A DNA stretch of 62,269 bases, filler included, from Basidiobolus ranarum (taxonomy: Eukaryota): NCBI GenBank assembly GCA_040143965.1. It is 21 parts of 21 records of this genome, joined end to end, with 100 filler letters (N's around TTAATTAATTAA, not from the genome) between each part and the next. Parts side by side here need not be neighbours in the genome. Positions count along the whole stretch, not along the records: positions 8,944 to 11,823 come from JASJQH010002901.1; positions 11,924 to 14,800 come from JASJQH010002902.1; positions 14,901 to 17,776 come from JASJQH010002903.1; positions 17,877 to 20,752 come from JASJQH010002904.1; positions 20,853 to 23,726 come from JASJQH010002905.1; 16 more parts are not named here. One strand, 5' to 3'. The notes below the pieces were generated by a model, which searched no databases, was not told where the DNA came from, and saw nothing but the letters and a program-made list of their open reading frames with translations. The translations under genes and the position numbers were made by a program. Positions 10,632 to 22,719 of the stretch are shown one piece after another. Position 1 is the first letter of the stretch, and each line of letters begins with the position of its first letter.

Positions 10632-11690
10632 GATGCAAAACTAAAGATTGATAAGTAAATGAGAACGTTTGTTGTTTTTGTATTTACCTTTTCACTACTC
10701 TTTATATAAGAGATGTCATTGACACACTAGCACTAGTGCTTGTTCCGGTAGTGTTAGATCCGATCCTAATTTACAATAGACTACCGTTCTAACTGTAGTT
10801 TATACCTTCACTATCCGGATATAAAAGACTGTACCTATAACTTATTATCTATCCATTTAATTGATCCAAGTGCTTCTGTAGCTCAAAGAAATAGGTCAAG
10901 GCTCTATCAATAGAAATATAAACAGAAAAAGGATTATCTTCTAATTGATCCTCACCAGATGTAATGCCCTATATTATACCCGATCATGCCAACTAAAGTA
11001 AAAATAAGGGTTAGGTACGATAAAAGGAGGCCTATTTATGGGCGTCATGATACAGTAGATGTAGTCTATCTATTTATCGTAAGATATCTTAATGGAGTAT
11101 AGAGCATAAGAATCTCGTTAAGGCGCTAGAGAAAAACCACACAACCTTGAATGCCAGATACATATAATACATGTGTACCTTACGCATAATGATTCTTCAA
11201 CTACTTGCGCACTGCGCCAATAACATGAAGAAATAAACGATATCGTGAAAGCAAGTGATAAGATTGTTACATAATGTGTAATTTACTTCAACTACGCCCA
11301 TTAGCGCTCTATGTTTTGTTTGTATAAGTATAATGCTGTGTGAGCACAAATCAAAACAATAACTCTACATCATGCTATCAACTTGCATGTGTTTTGAAAA
11401 CTAACCAACAGTTACATATACTGGTCAATGTATACATAAAGAAGTGTGCAATAAACTTGTAGACCATCCAAATCTTCTCGAATAAAACAGATAAGATTTG
11501 CTTTATGAAAAGTGGAGTATCTTAAATTGAAGGAAGTAATGTATTTATTGCTATTATATAGATATAAAATAAAATAGGAACCATCGAATTAATGTATAAT
11601 AGGAGGATAAATAATGTGAAGTGGAGAGGAAGTGGTCAGACTCTGGTTCGAGTACTAATATTCAAGAAACCAAATATATTGCAAGGATAG

Positions 11691-11823
11691 TTAGGGGCAA
11701 ACAGGAACCTGGTTGTAATCGATCCTGTTGGGATCCATCCCTAAGAACTCCATGGTCCAGTAGTTGCCACGAGGATCGAACCCGGCCCCAGCATGCGTAA
11801 AGGAAGGTGTAAGGATATTACGA
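11691..11823 (-). CDS. Secreted CAP/SCP protein, copy 3 (last exon only)
   Basis: RNILTPSFTHAGAGFDPRGNYWTMEFLGMDPNRIDYNQVPVCP-stop, near-identical to copy 2 at protein level with many synonymous changes. Confidence 0.88.
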
Positions 11824-11976
11824 NNNNNNNNNNNNNNNNNNNNNNNNNNNNNNNNNNNNNNNNNNNNTTAATTAATTAANNNNNNNNNNNNNNNNNNNNN
11901 NNNNNNNNNNNNNNNNNNNNNNNACCATTTTATACTAAATTTAAGAGAATCGTTGAATATAAATTGACAAAAACAT

Positions 11977-12049
11977 TGGAGCTGCAGGGTATCGATCCCT
12001 GTGCCTCTCGCATGCAAAGCGAGCGCTCTACCATCTGAGCTACAACCCC
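11977..12049 (-). tRNA. tRNA-Ala(TGC)
   Basis: GGGGTTGTAGCTCAGATGGTAGAGCG CTCGC TT TGC AT GCGAG AGGCACAGGGATCGATACCCTGCAGCTCCA, 73 nt, G3:U70 pair, downstream T-run. Confidence 0.96.
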
Positions 12050-12362
12050 ATTTCTTATGATATCGAAAGCAGTCGCTGCCTTTAATAATGAATTGTTATT
12101 ATGGTCTTTTGAATGTAGGCCTCTGCCTGCCTTCATATCAGCTAACGATCAGTACTTCTTTCTAAACAAGCATTTGTCAGCAGATAGACGCAATTACTCG
12201 GGACAACCGGTCAGTGAATCAAAGCTCAAATAATACTGTCTTATCCAAAATCAGACTACACCTATATCAAGTATGGTATCCCCAACGCCGATAACTATAT
12301 ACTTGCCACGCACCCATTCAACACCTCGGTTTATCCTCACTCTCAAAACCATTTTAAAACAA

Positions 12363-12435
12363 TGGAGATTCCGGGTATCGATCCCGGTGCCTATCGCATG
12401 CGAAGCGATCGCTCTACCATTTGAGCTAAACCCCC
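12363..12435 (-). tRNA. tRNA-Ala(CGC)
   Basis: GGGGGTTTAGCTCAAATGGTAGAGCG ATCGC TT CGC AT GCGAT AGGCACCGGGATCGATACCCGGAATCTCCA, 73 nt, G3:U70 pair. Confidence 0.96.
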
Positions 12436-12918
12436 AAGTCTAGAAAAGCAGACGTTTGCGAATTACGAATACAAAGATCATTAAGTAACTAATCAGACTC
12501 TAAGAATCGAACCAGGGACCTCGAAGGCTCGTACAAATCACTCATCCAGCCTCAGATGGAGATTGAAATTCAAATTGCGATTGAGATTGATGGGATTCAA
12601 TGTCTTTTTCATCGTTGTTGACTTTTCCCCTTTGTCCCCCTAGCACTCACTCTGCCTTAGTGATGTTTTACCTTCTATTCTGGATTCTGTTTGAGCTAAC
12701 TTGGTAGTTTGCTCTACTGAAGAAATGTCACTGAGCTCAACCTTCTCATGATTCCTGCTGATCATGCACCATAGCCCTAAGCTTATTCCTTAACCCTAGT
12801 CTGCATTCTTTTCGAGGTGGTGAGTTTTTGATAGTCTTATTTCAAAGGGGAAACCGCAAGGATTTACCTGTATTCTAAATTCCTCATGAATAAAGATATG
12901 CTTCAGTATGACTATATA

Positions 12919-13002
12919 GCTGATTTGGCCGAGTGGTCTAAGGCGGGTGACTTAAGATCCCCTCCCGGAAACGGGGCGCGAGTTCGAACCTCGCAGTCAG
13001 CA
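12919..13002 (+). tRNA. tRNA-Leu(TAA)
   Basis: GCTGATTTGGCCGAGTGGTCTAAGGCG GGTGA CT TAA GA TCCCC, long variable arm, GTTCGAA T-loop, ...AGTCAGCA, then a T-run. One mismatch in the anticodon stem. Confidence 0.93.
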
Positions 13003-14223
13003 TATTTTGTTCGATGAGTATCCACCTCCAAAGCCTCTAGCATTCCATCTCTTATCGATTTCAAAAATACACATTATTCTTTTGCATAGTTGAATCGCAT
13101 CATATACAAAAGCTAGATTTACACCTCCTTACATTACACTCATTTCTAAGTGGAGCAATCACCTTTCCTTACTTTTGATACTCTGGTCCTTTGTAATACC
13201 TGATTACTTCGATCTTCCCACCTGTTTCTTCCTCTTTTAGTAGTCCGTAAGGTTATTTGTGATCCCCGGTGGGTCCACTAAAGCTTCGCACACTAATTAA
13301 TTGGCTGAATGGCTCACCCGATGGAAGGAGATTTGTGGTGTTTTTATTTTCTTCACAATATTTTACGCTCTAGCTTAAGCTTAAACCGCCGTTCAACTTT
13401 GATTTCGTGTGCTTCTAGGAATTCGCTATTATCCTTTTTCTGCTCCCTTAACATCCTAGCCAGGATTGCCCTATAGTATTTCTAGATCGGGTTAGGGCCG
13501 GTGAATCCATCCATTCTCTAATTACTATTTCAACCGGGAAAAAGAAAAGTGATTTTGTGATTGCAAAATGCGCCACTCCCCCCTCTCATTATCAGTGAGA
13601 TCGATCATCACTGTGGGGTGTTTCGTGCCATGAGTCGAACCATGCACCTTACAATACACGTCTTTACTATTGCCAACCAATATTCGCTCGGCTTACTAAT
13701 TAAGCCAGGATGCTGTCTATAATATTCGACAAACTGCTGGAGGACTTATGGGAAATACTGGAAAAGAGAGAAGTTGTGATCTCTCATGATAGAAGCAGCG
13801 TATTTCCTTTATTAAATACTGAGGCATGCCATAAATTAGTGTTGACCGGGAAGAAAAAGGGATTCGTATACTTGCTAGGCAGGCAACTACTTAGCTGAAA
13901 AAAACTAAAGCCTAATTGCACTGGGAACTCTTCCGTGTATTCATCCAAGTGTTTATTGCACGCAAAACACTCACTCTATCATCCAAGCTAAACTCACCAT
14001 GTTCCAATGCGCTCCGCTCCACCTCGTCTAAGGTCCAATTAGATTCCCTTTTGCGGAGGAAGGAATGTCTTTCTCCAATCTAATCTCCTAACCAATAGAA
14101 TGCTCCATCTCTCTTATTCCTTACCTACTCTTCCACTAACACTCGATACTTGCGGAATATTCACCTATGTAAGCCAAAAATGGTTCAATCTACGATACTA
14201 TTTCATATTCTTGCTGATATATA

Positions 14224-14307
14224 GCTGATTTGGCCGAGTGGTCTAAGGCGGGTGACTTAAGATCCCCTCCCGGAAACGGGGCGCGAGTTCGAACCTCGCA
14301 GTCAGCA
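14224..14307 (+). tRNA. tRNA-Leu(TAA), second identical copy
   Basis: Sequence identical to 12919-13002; flanks differ apart from a short upstream TATATA. Confidence 0.93.
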
Positions 14308-14742
14308 CATTTTTCTTACTCCATCTTGTCTAGAACCGTTTCTCTTTTAAATTCTAACCCAGCTCTATGACTATTTTTCGAATTTCTCGCCATGGATTGG
14401 TTGTAAAGTCTGCTATTCTTCTATCTGTGGGTAGCTTTGCTACTTCCTTTCTACGGCTAGCTCTATTTGGTCCCATCCGAGAATTGGTCGGTTCCATCAA
14501 AGTATGGTATGGTGTGAATAAGGGGATTTCCAAAAGTTAGGATGCTCTGGCTAGATTTAGCTATTTTGCAGATTGTTGATCACAAAATTAAATCGGCCTT
14601 TCCAGAGATAAATGGTGGACACATCCACCTTTGATTTCTTATATTATTCCATTGTACTATATATATAACCCAGTCACACCAACTTAGTCACCATTTTATA
14701 CTAAATTTAAGAGAATCGTTGAATATAAATTGACAAAAACAT

Positions 14743-14800
14743 TGGAGCTGCAGGGTATCGATCCCTGTGCCTCTCGCATGCAAAGCGAGCGCTCTACCAT
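14743..14800 (-). tRNA. tRNA-Ala(TGC), partial, inside the terminal overlap
   Basis: Identical to 11977-12034, cut by the contig end. Confidence 0.85.
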
Positions 14801-14900
14801 NNNNNNNNNNNNNNNNNNNNNNNNNNNNNNNNNNNNNNNNNNNNTTAATTAATTAANNNNNNNNNNNNNNNNNNNNNNNNNNNNNNNNNNNNNNNNNNNN

Positions 14901-15614
14901 GGCACCACGGTTGATCATATCGAAGACACGACCAGGAGTACCAACAACAACGTGAACACCAGCTTCCAACTTTTGGATATCTTCACGGACGGTTCTACCA
15001 CCAATACAAGCATGACTTTCAATGTTCATGAAGTCACCAATGGCCATAAGGACCTTTTGGATTTGTTGAGCCAACTCACGAGTAGGGGCAAGAACAAGAG
15101 CTTGGCATTGCTTGATGGAAACATCAAGAGATTGAAGGATGGAGATGGAGAAAGTGGCAGTTTTACCAGTACCGGATTGAGCTTGAGCAATAACATCATG
15201 ACGCTTCAAGACAGGAAGGATAGCACGCTGCTGAATAGCGGAAGGACGTTCAAAACTGTATTTAATAGTTTAGTTAAAATTTAATAAAATACTTGTAACA
15301 ATAAAACAACTTACCCATAGGCATAGATACCACGGAGAAGCTCATCACGGAGGTTCATGTTATCGAAGTTATCGACGACCTCATCCCAGTTGGTCTAAAT
15401 GAGGCAAAATCAGTAAAGATGATCTTTAGCAAAAAAAACCAACCAATATCTTAAAGTTACCTCGATCTCTCCTTCAAGGTCGTTCAAAATCTCGGGTTCT
15501 CTGTGAAAAGTCAATAGTTTAATATTGAATACTATTTTAGAGTTCTACAACTACTATTCACTTGTCTAAAGTCAAGTAGTATTCGTTTGAAGGACTTTAC
15601 CTGTTGTCAGCCAT
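14901..15614 (-). CDS. TIF1: Translation initiation factor eIF4A (DEAD-box helicase), 5' half, four exons
   Basis: Spliced: [57 protein letters not shown]...AQSGTGKT...[11 protein letters not shown]...[10 protein letters not shown] (Q motif, motifs I, Ia, Ib). Confidence 0.95.
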
Positions 15615-16491
15615 GATGTTCAATAAGTAAGCAAAGCTACGCTTTCAGAAAAGAAGGAATAGCACCAGAAAGTTGGCTAGTTTTGGGCATATCCGTGAAA
15701 TTTTATGATTGGACAATTCCTCTTTGAACTTGGGTAGACACTATAAAAAAACCATTTTTTTGGGGACAGCCCAGGTCGAATTTGGGCGAATCGATTTTGA
15801 TTTGGGTAATTCTTTGTTTTTTTTTACAGGGAAAAAAAGTAGAAAATCGGATAAGAGTTGATCATCATCAATTAAACAAACAGCAACTTGGATAGAATCT
15901 ACATACTTAAATTAGTAATAATCTAATTCTTAATGGAACCAGAGAAATTATAGCAATGTGGTAAATAAATTTTGAAGTCAGATAATCATAGTATTCTTCA
16001 TTGGGTTTAGTAGACAAAATCTACATGTTAAAGTTTTGTCACTAAGTAAGGAATTTAATCCCTTGTTTCAACAGACGTACTGTTGACTAAAGCTTCAGTT
16101 TGTGTCTTTTTTTTTTGGTTTTGCCGATTTTCGTTTTCAACGATAATCTCAAGTTCCAAGACTAATTACTATTGAAAAGCTCCTTGCAAGAACTTTCTGA
16201 AGGGTTGACGTGGTTTGGAATCTTTGTCGAATTGGTGTTGTTGAATTTACTCTACTTGCTTTCCCTGATATTGACATCAAACTCGGATTCAGTTGATGCT
16301 TCGCTTACTTTACACATCTCTATAGTAAACCTTTTCTAAGTGATAAATATTTCCCACAAGCGAGCATTGCATACCAATTTAATTGCTACATTGGCTTCAG
16401 CTTCTCTTCAACTCTTTCTTTTCTGTTGAAATCTATTTTTTTCGTGTATTTCCCTTCATTTACTTTCTGCTTGGTGCCTTTACCCTTGTGA

Positions 16492-17776
16492 ATGGGGGTA
16501 AGTCATATCATTTCGTTCCTCTATCGTTTTTCCTCCAACTAAGTAGCTTTCTTTTAGCCTTCTACTATGATCAATAACTCTAATGATGACCAAGTACGGA
16601 ACACTTCAATTAGCCCTCAAATATTCACGGAGGAAATCCCTGAGAGCATACCCCAAGACAAAAACCCTCTACTTCAGGAAGGGAAAAAGATGATTCTATT
16701 AAAGCGACCTGAGCAAAGTAAAGATTTGGTGGAAAAAAATGTTTTGGATTCTCAAAATACTGAAGAGACTTCAAGCACTGAACTAGATGAAAATGAACTT
16801 GACGATTCCGAGGTACCTGCTAATAATGAGTTAGATGGGTTTTTATTGGCCGCTTTAAAGAGTCCCAAGGATCGACTTTTGTTGTTGAAGTTAGACCAGG
16901 AAATGGAAAGATTTATTAACGATTCAAGGTAAATATTCAACTATGAGTGCAAACTTCCTCTTCTATTCTTAACATTTTCTTTAGTCGTAATCGATTAGAA
17001 TTCCCTCAAATGAATGCTTATCAGCGTCTGATCGTTCACCGTGTAGCTCAGTATTTCAAACTCTCACATGTTGTGGACTCATCCAAAAAGGCGGTTATTT
17101 TATACAAATCGCCAGAAACCGAAATGTAATTGACAATACTTTCTATTTGTCCAATGAATTCACTTTTATTAACTATCTTCTTTGATCGTAGTCCTATACT
17201 TCGATTTATGGATTTATTGGAGCAGGAAGAGGAGCCTGCGCCCCAGTCATTAAAGATCATGCGTAGAGCCGATAACTCTCAATCCAATCAAAGAAAGGGC
17301 TTCAATGACGGCAGCGGAAGTGGTTCTGATGTAGATAAACGACTAATGAGTATCGAGGAGCGTGAGGCAGCTTACCAAAGGGCTAGGGCTAGGATTTTCC
17401 AAGATTCAGAGGACAAAAAGCCCACTATCCCTATTAATTCGGAAGTCGCTAATGAAGTGCCTGCGTTAGAGCAGGTCGATTCTCAACAGTCGCCATCTCA
17501 AAGCGATTCCGAATCTAATAAGAGTAGAAGCTCAAATACTAACAAGGCTGGTAGTGGTACTTACGTTAAAGGAGTGAAGAATAATTCAATTCGTGGGAAT
17601 AATATGGGTACGAAATCAAATTCACCCAGACCCGGGAACCAAAATACACGATACACACGTAATACCAATCACTGAAAATAATATTTTGTTAACTAGTTCC
17701 CGACCCTATCATCCCCCAAGATCTACTCCCAGAATTTAGTGCATGTCTACCTAAAAGTGCAGGTCTTTCACCGGAA
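16492..17776 (+). CDS. R3H and SUZ domain RNA-binding protein (ARPP21/R3HDM/Rbs1-like), 3'-truncated
   Basis: Introns at about 16498-16557, 16929-16984 and 17126-17191 join DRLLLLKLDQEMERFI, FPQMNAYQRLIVHRVAQYF (R3H) and KIMRR...SIEEREAAYQRARARIF (SUZ). The 2-codon first exon is tentative; the alternative start is 16567. Confidence 0.88.
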
Positions 17777-17876
17777 NNNNNNNNNNNNNNNNNNNNNNNN
17801 NNNNNNNNNNNNNNNNNNNNTTAATTAATTAANNNNNNNNNNNNNNNNNNNNNNNNNNNNNNNNNNNNNNNNNNNN

Positions 17877-20752
17877 AGCCATTGCCACTGAAGCACCAAT
17901 AGCAAGTGGGGCATATATCTCGAACACCGAAGCATCAAAAGTGTAGTTGGCGAACTGCAGGACTGAATCCTTGGCCGTAAGCTGATACTTTTGGTGGATT
18001 GCCTGAATAAAGGTAACCACTGCATCATGCTCCAACATTACTCCCTTTGGTATTCCAGTAGATCCCGATGTAAAAAGAACATAGCAAAGGTTCGAGCTGG
18101 TTAGTCCATCCACTTGAGGATTACTAGTAGAATGTTGTTGAATATGTTCATCATCCGAATCCACCAGAACTAACAAGATCTGTTTGTCAAAAGTCAGTTT
18201 ATATTGATCACTTGTCAATGCAACCTTGGCGTCAATTTCAGCAAGGATGAACCTATTTCGCTCAACCGGATTATTTGGATCCAGTGGCACATAGGCACCA
18301 CCAGCCTTGAGGACAGCAAGCATTGCCACTATCATCGGGACTGACTTGTCAAGACAAAGCGGGACCATCGACTCTGGACCAACACCAACATTGATCAAAT
18401 GATGAGCCAGTTGGTTAGCTCTACGGTTTAGTTCCTCATAGGTAACAGATTCCAGGTCTTCAAACTGAATTGCTATTTTATCTGGGTGGATTAGTACACT
18501 ATGTTCAAACAGCTTATGAAGGCAACCGGATTTTGTGTCAGTATAGTTTATCCGACTCCAGGCCTCTATTAGTGCAATTTCCTCATCTGTTTTAATGCTA
18601 ACATCTCTCACAGGAGTGTTTACATTGTTGAGGATCACGTTGATTGCTGCAATAAAGTGCCTCACAATCCAAGATGCTTCAAATTCGGTTACTGCTTGTT
18701 CATCGTATGTTAGGCTTACCCCAGGAGCTGTCCCATTAGTATTAATTTCTATCACAATAGGATAATCGATTGGCATGGTTACAGCTGATTGATTAAGTCC
18801 GATGGTGGCAAACCCTCCCGCCCCACTATCCTGGTTGATATTCTGGACTACCAAAAGGGTATCGAAGAGTGGACTTTCAACTGTATCGCCGCAAAGTTTA
18901 AGGATATCTTGTAGCCCGACGGATTGGTATTGATGTTGCTGGACCTGTGTGCTTTGAATCAATCGCAGTATGTCCAAAATTGATTGATCATCAGAGAGTG
19001 TAATACGTGTTGGAAATGTAGTAATACAAGGGCCACAAATATCTTGGATATATGGGAGAGGAATGCTTCTTCCTGAATTCACCACACCAAACACTATGTC
19101 GGAACTACCGATGTGCGACTTCAATACCAGCGCCCACGCTAGGTAGGATATTGTGGCTGCTGTTATATTATAAATACCAGTAACTGAAGTGAAATCCACA
19201 TGGATGCTTTCATAAATTCTGGATAATATTGGAGTCTCAGTGAGAATCGAGACCGATCTGGCCAAGTTAGTAGCAGGTGCCGAGCTGAGTGTAGCTTTCC
19301 AGTATTTGAGAGACTGCTGCTTGTCTTGATTCAATATGTGATTGATATATAGGGTGTAAGTCGGTCTGATCGTCAAACTATGACCTTGGTAAGCGGTGAC
19401 AACGTCAGACACTATCTGTTCCATTGACCAGCCATCGTATAGTGCATGATGGATTGTCCATATGAAGTGCACCGCAGTACCCCGAATTTTCACCAACGTG
19501 AAACGTGTCAAAGGTTGACCAATCAATATTCCTCTTGATCTATCATCCACCAAAGCTTTTTCTAGACCGTTTTCAAGTGCGTTGATATCTTCATATTCGT
19601 GAATATTCCACTCTACACTTTCACCACGAAGTACAACCTGTAAGCCATTCAAATGAGCAAAGCCACTGGTTGTAAATAGAATCGCAGTTCGAAGAATGGG
19701 GTTGGCATCAATCACTGTCTTCCAGGCTGTTCGAAGCCGCTCAATGTCAACACAGGACTCGCATTTGTACACTTGCTGGGTTAAATAAATTGAGTTTTCT
19801 TTCATACTAAGGGCTACCAGTCCTTCTTGCATTGGGGAGCAAGGGTATATGTCATGTACATCAGCCGGGCAGATGCCATTTTGCAATAGGTCACACTCTA
19901 ACAGGTGTTTAAGCTGATCTTGATCTAGATTAAGCAATGAATATTTTTCTATTTCCTTGGTTTCATGGATATTACAATCGATTTGGACGCTATTATTAGC
20001 CATTTCAGCAATGGTAGGATGCAAATACACATCTTGTACTGATAGTGTAAACCCGGCCATATGAGCAGCACCAACTAGTCGAATAGCTAGTACTGAGTCA
20101 CCTCCGAGATTAACAAACGAATCATGAACTCCTATAGCTGCCGCAGGAATCTTGAGTACAGACGACCAGAGTTTAACCCAGCTCTTTTCCACTTCTGTCC
20201 TGGCTCTAACATGTCCAGCGTCATCTGATATATTATGCAGCAACAAATCTTCTTTACTTAGGGTTGCATATAATGAAGCCAAGCTTTTTCGATCAATTTT
20301 CTCACTTGTAGTGAATGGCATCCTGTTAAGGGGCACCCAAATGGTAGGTATCATATACGAAGGCAGCTTCTTTCGAATAAGCGACCTGACCTCTTTAACA
20401 TAAGTAGCAAGTAGTCCACTATTAGGCCCTCCAGGTGTATATACAGGGAGGTTGCTGTCTACGAGTTCATGAAAGGTAATAAAAGCAGTCAAGGATTTAT
20501 GCTTTGTACTCTCATCAGTAACTAAAGGGATAACACAAGCTCTAGTTACTTTGGAGTGTTCTTGGAGTGCATGTTCTATCTCATCCAGTTCGATTCGTAA
20601 TCCATTTAACTTGATTTGATTGTCCATTCTACCAACTATTCTAACTGTTCCATCTTCATTAAAAAGCGCCAGATCACCAGTGCGATAGATTCTGGTATCA
20701 GTGTCGAAATCATTAGTGACAAATGCCATTTCTGTGAGGTCAGGTCGGTTGA
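17877..20752 (-). CDS. Non-ribosomal peptide synthetase, internal fragment: A(C-terminal)-T-C-A
   Basis: The whole contig is an open, intronless frame. A motifs YRTGDL, GRMDNQIKLNGLRIELDEIE and LPSYMIP; carrier LGGDSV; condensation PCSPMQEGL and HHALYDGWS; next A domain TYEELN, LKAGGAYVPLDP, YVLFTSGSTGIPKGV, FDASV. Confidence 0.97.
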
Positions 20753-20852
20753 NNNNNNNNNNNNNNNNNNNNNNNNNNNNNNNNNNNNNNNNNNNNTTAA
20801 TTAATTAANNNNNNNNNNNNNNNNNNNNNNNNNNNNNNNNNNNNNNNNNNNN

Positions 20853-21062
20853 CTTGTGGGCCACATCCTGTCGACCATAATATATTAGTATCTATTCAGT
20901 TAACATAGCGAATGATAGCATACCATTCTCAGTTGGTTTTGGTGCATTGATAGATGGGACAAGTCTTGGCTTATCTGCTGGACAAACGCTGCAGGTTTTT
21001 CCGAGAGTAAAAGTCAATATTTGCAAAAAGAGGAGAGCACGTACACCGCGAGAGAAAAGCAT
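20853..21062 (-). CDS. Secreted protein 5' end, possibly a group XII-like secretory phospholipase A2
   Basis: MLFSRGVRALLFLQILTFTLGKTCSVCPADKPRLVPSINAPKPTENG, then a GTATGC...CAG intron, then CGPQ. The spliced P..NGCGP resembles the PLA2G12 calcium loop; catalytic residues lie beyond the contig. Confidence 0.5.
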
Positions 21063-22719
21063 TTGTTCAGCTGAGTAGATCAAAAAGAGGATGTTGGTAA
21101 GTGAGAAACCGAGGCCTGTATATATACAAATTTTCTTTGAACTGATGCAAGTGAAAGATATGTTGGTAGTACTATCAGTGACTGAAATAATCATCGTTAC
21201 AGATCACACAAGGTTCGCAAGTATATTGCAATAGTTAAATAGTACAAATATCTATATAAATATCAACGTCTTTTGACTGTCAGTTTTTAGAAAACGGCCA
21301 CAACCGTTGATAAAGAATGCGAAATTGACACAGAAGCATTATCCAATCCGAGTACTTCATACTACGACCGCTTCCTCATTTTGGCAGGATTTACACGTAC
21401 AGTTCGCACGAGAAATCACCGCTTGTTGCTTACAACTTTGGCATCAACTCTCTTGCCGTAAGAAGCCGTTGGCGTTTCGATTTCCCTGTGATACACCAAT
21501 AGTGTAAGTTTTTTGACCAAGTCTTAACAAACCAATCGTAAGACCAATGTTCTATATACGACACTTGAGTTCATACTCTTTCATCCAGCAGTTCTATACT
21601 GTGACTTACCGCAGGTGTATTATCCATTGACATCGAAGGAGCTGGAGTACGATGGAAGCACCTATTCAAGTGTAAGAGGCAGCAGTCTGGCACAATGTTC
21701 CAACTAGAGTATAATACACGGCAATCAGCACGATTGGAGTAAGTGTTGGGGTATCATTACATTATATGGCTGAACTTCTATCCCATATACAAATGTCGTA
21801 GAGCTAAATCTGGTATTCGTTCCTGGATAATGCCTTCTAGAACTTTGAGCTGGTAAGGAATACCCTTACATCACTTAGCGTTTAAATACCACAGAGTCTT
21901 GACTCTTAAGACAGGTAAATAGCGGCCTACCGGTATTATTCATATTCTTCGATAATTAATCCAAATTCAAATGAATGCTCAATCTTTTAGATGGCGATAC
22001 TAAGGACTAGGGTGGGTTAGGGTTTACATATCAAGAGTCGGATTAAACAAGAATCACCAAACTCATGGCTGACAATGTATCTGGACAGCTTCACTTCTCC
22101 CGATACCAAAATATATGTTTCTGTCAAATACCACTTCGTTTGTTTGTTCTTACTTTGGATTGACATTGATGTTGTAGTGTAGGAGGAATCTTATCGAAAG
22201 AAATGCCGCTCTGAAATGTAGCGAATTGCAATGGCAAACTGCAGATGCAAGAGCGTGTAGTAAACTGACTCGAAGATTCCTCAATCAGTCAACTAACCAT
22301 GCTCAACATCAGAAACAGTGGAGTTCTTACTACTCAACACCTATTAAGCTTATCTATTTAAATAGAATTAGAGAATACAACTAATTGCTTAGAGAACTAA
22401 CTATTCAACACAATCTCTTGGGTTGATGTAACTTCATACCACATGATCAACCATCATAGATGGCTTAGCAGAGGAGTATTTATTCTAATATCCGATGCAA
22501 TCAAATATGTATACATGTATTATCTTGTGGCTATAGAGTTGATAGATATTTGGGAATTTAGCTATATATGGATAACAAGGAGAACATTAATTTAATGCTT
22601 ATATTGCGGAAGGTATTTATTACACTCTTCAATACACTCTACCAGTGTCATTAAAGAACTAACCTCTTGCTTCTTTAAAGGAAGTCTAATAATCCTATCC
22701 CACACTAAAATAAGCAATC

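Larger units (their letters stand above)
11924..14800. repeat. Self-overlapping contig: 2766-bp unit with an identical 111-bp terminal direct repeat
   Basis: 11924-12034 is identical to 14690-14800, including non-tRNA flank. Confidence 0.9.

Noticed and set aside
11930-12136. 68-aa ORF
   Set aside because: It overlaps tRNA-Ala(TGC) and is a translation of the tRNA sequence.
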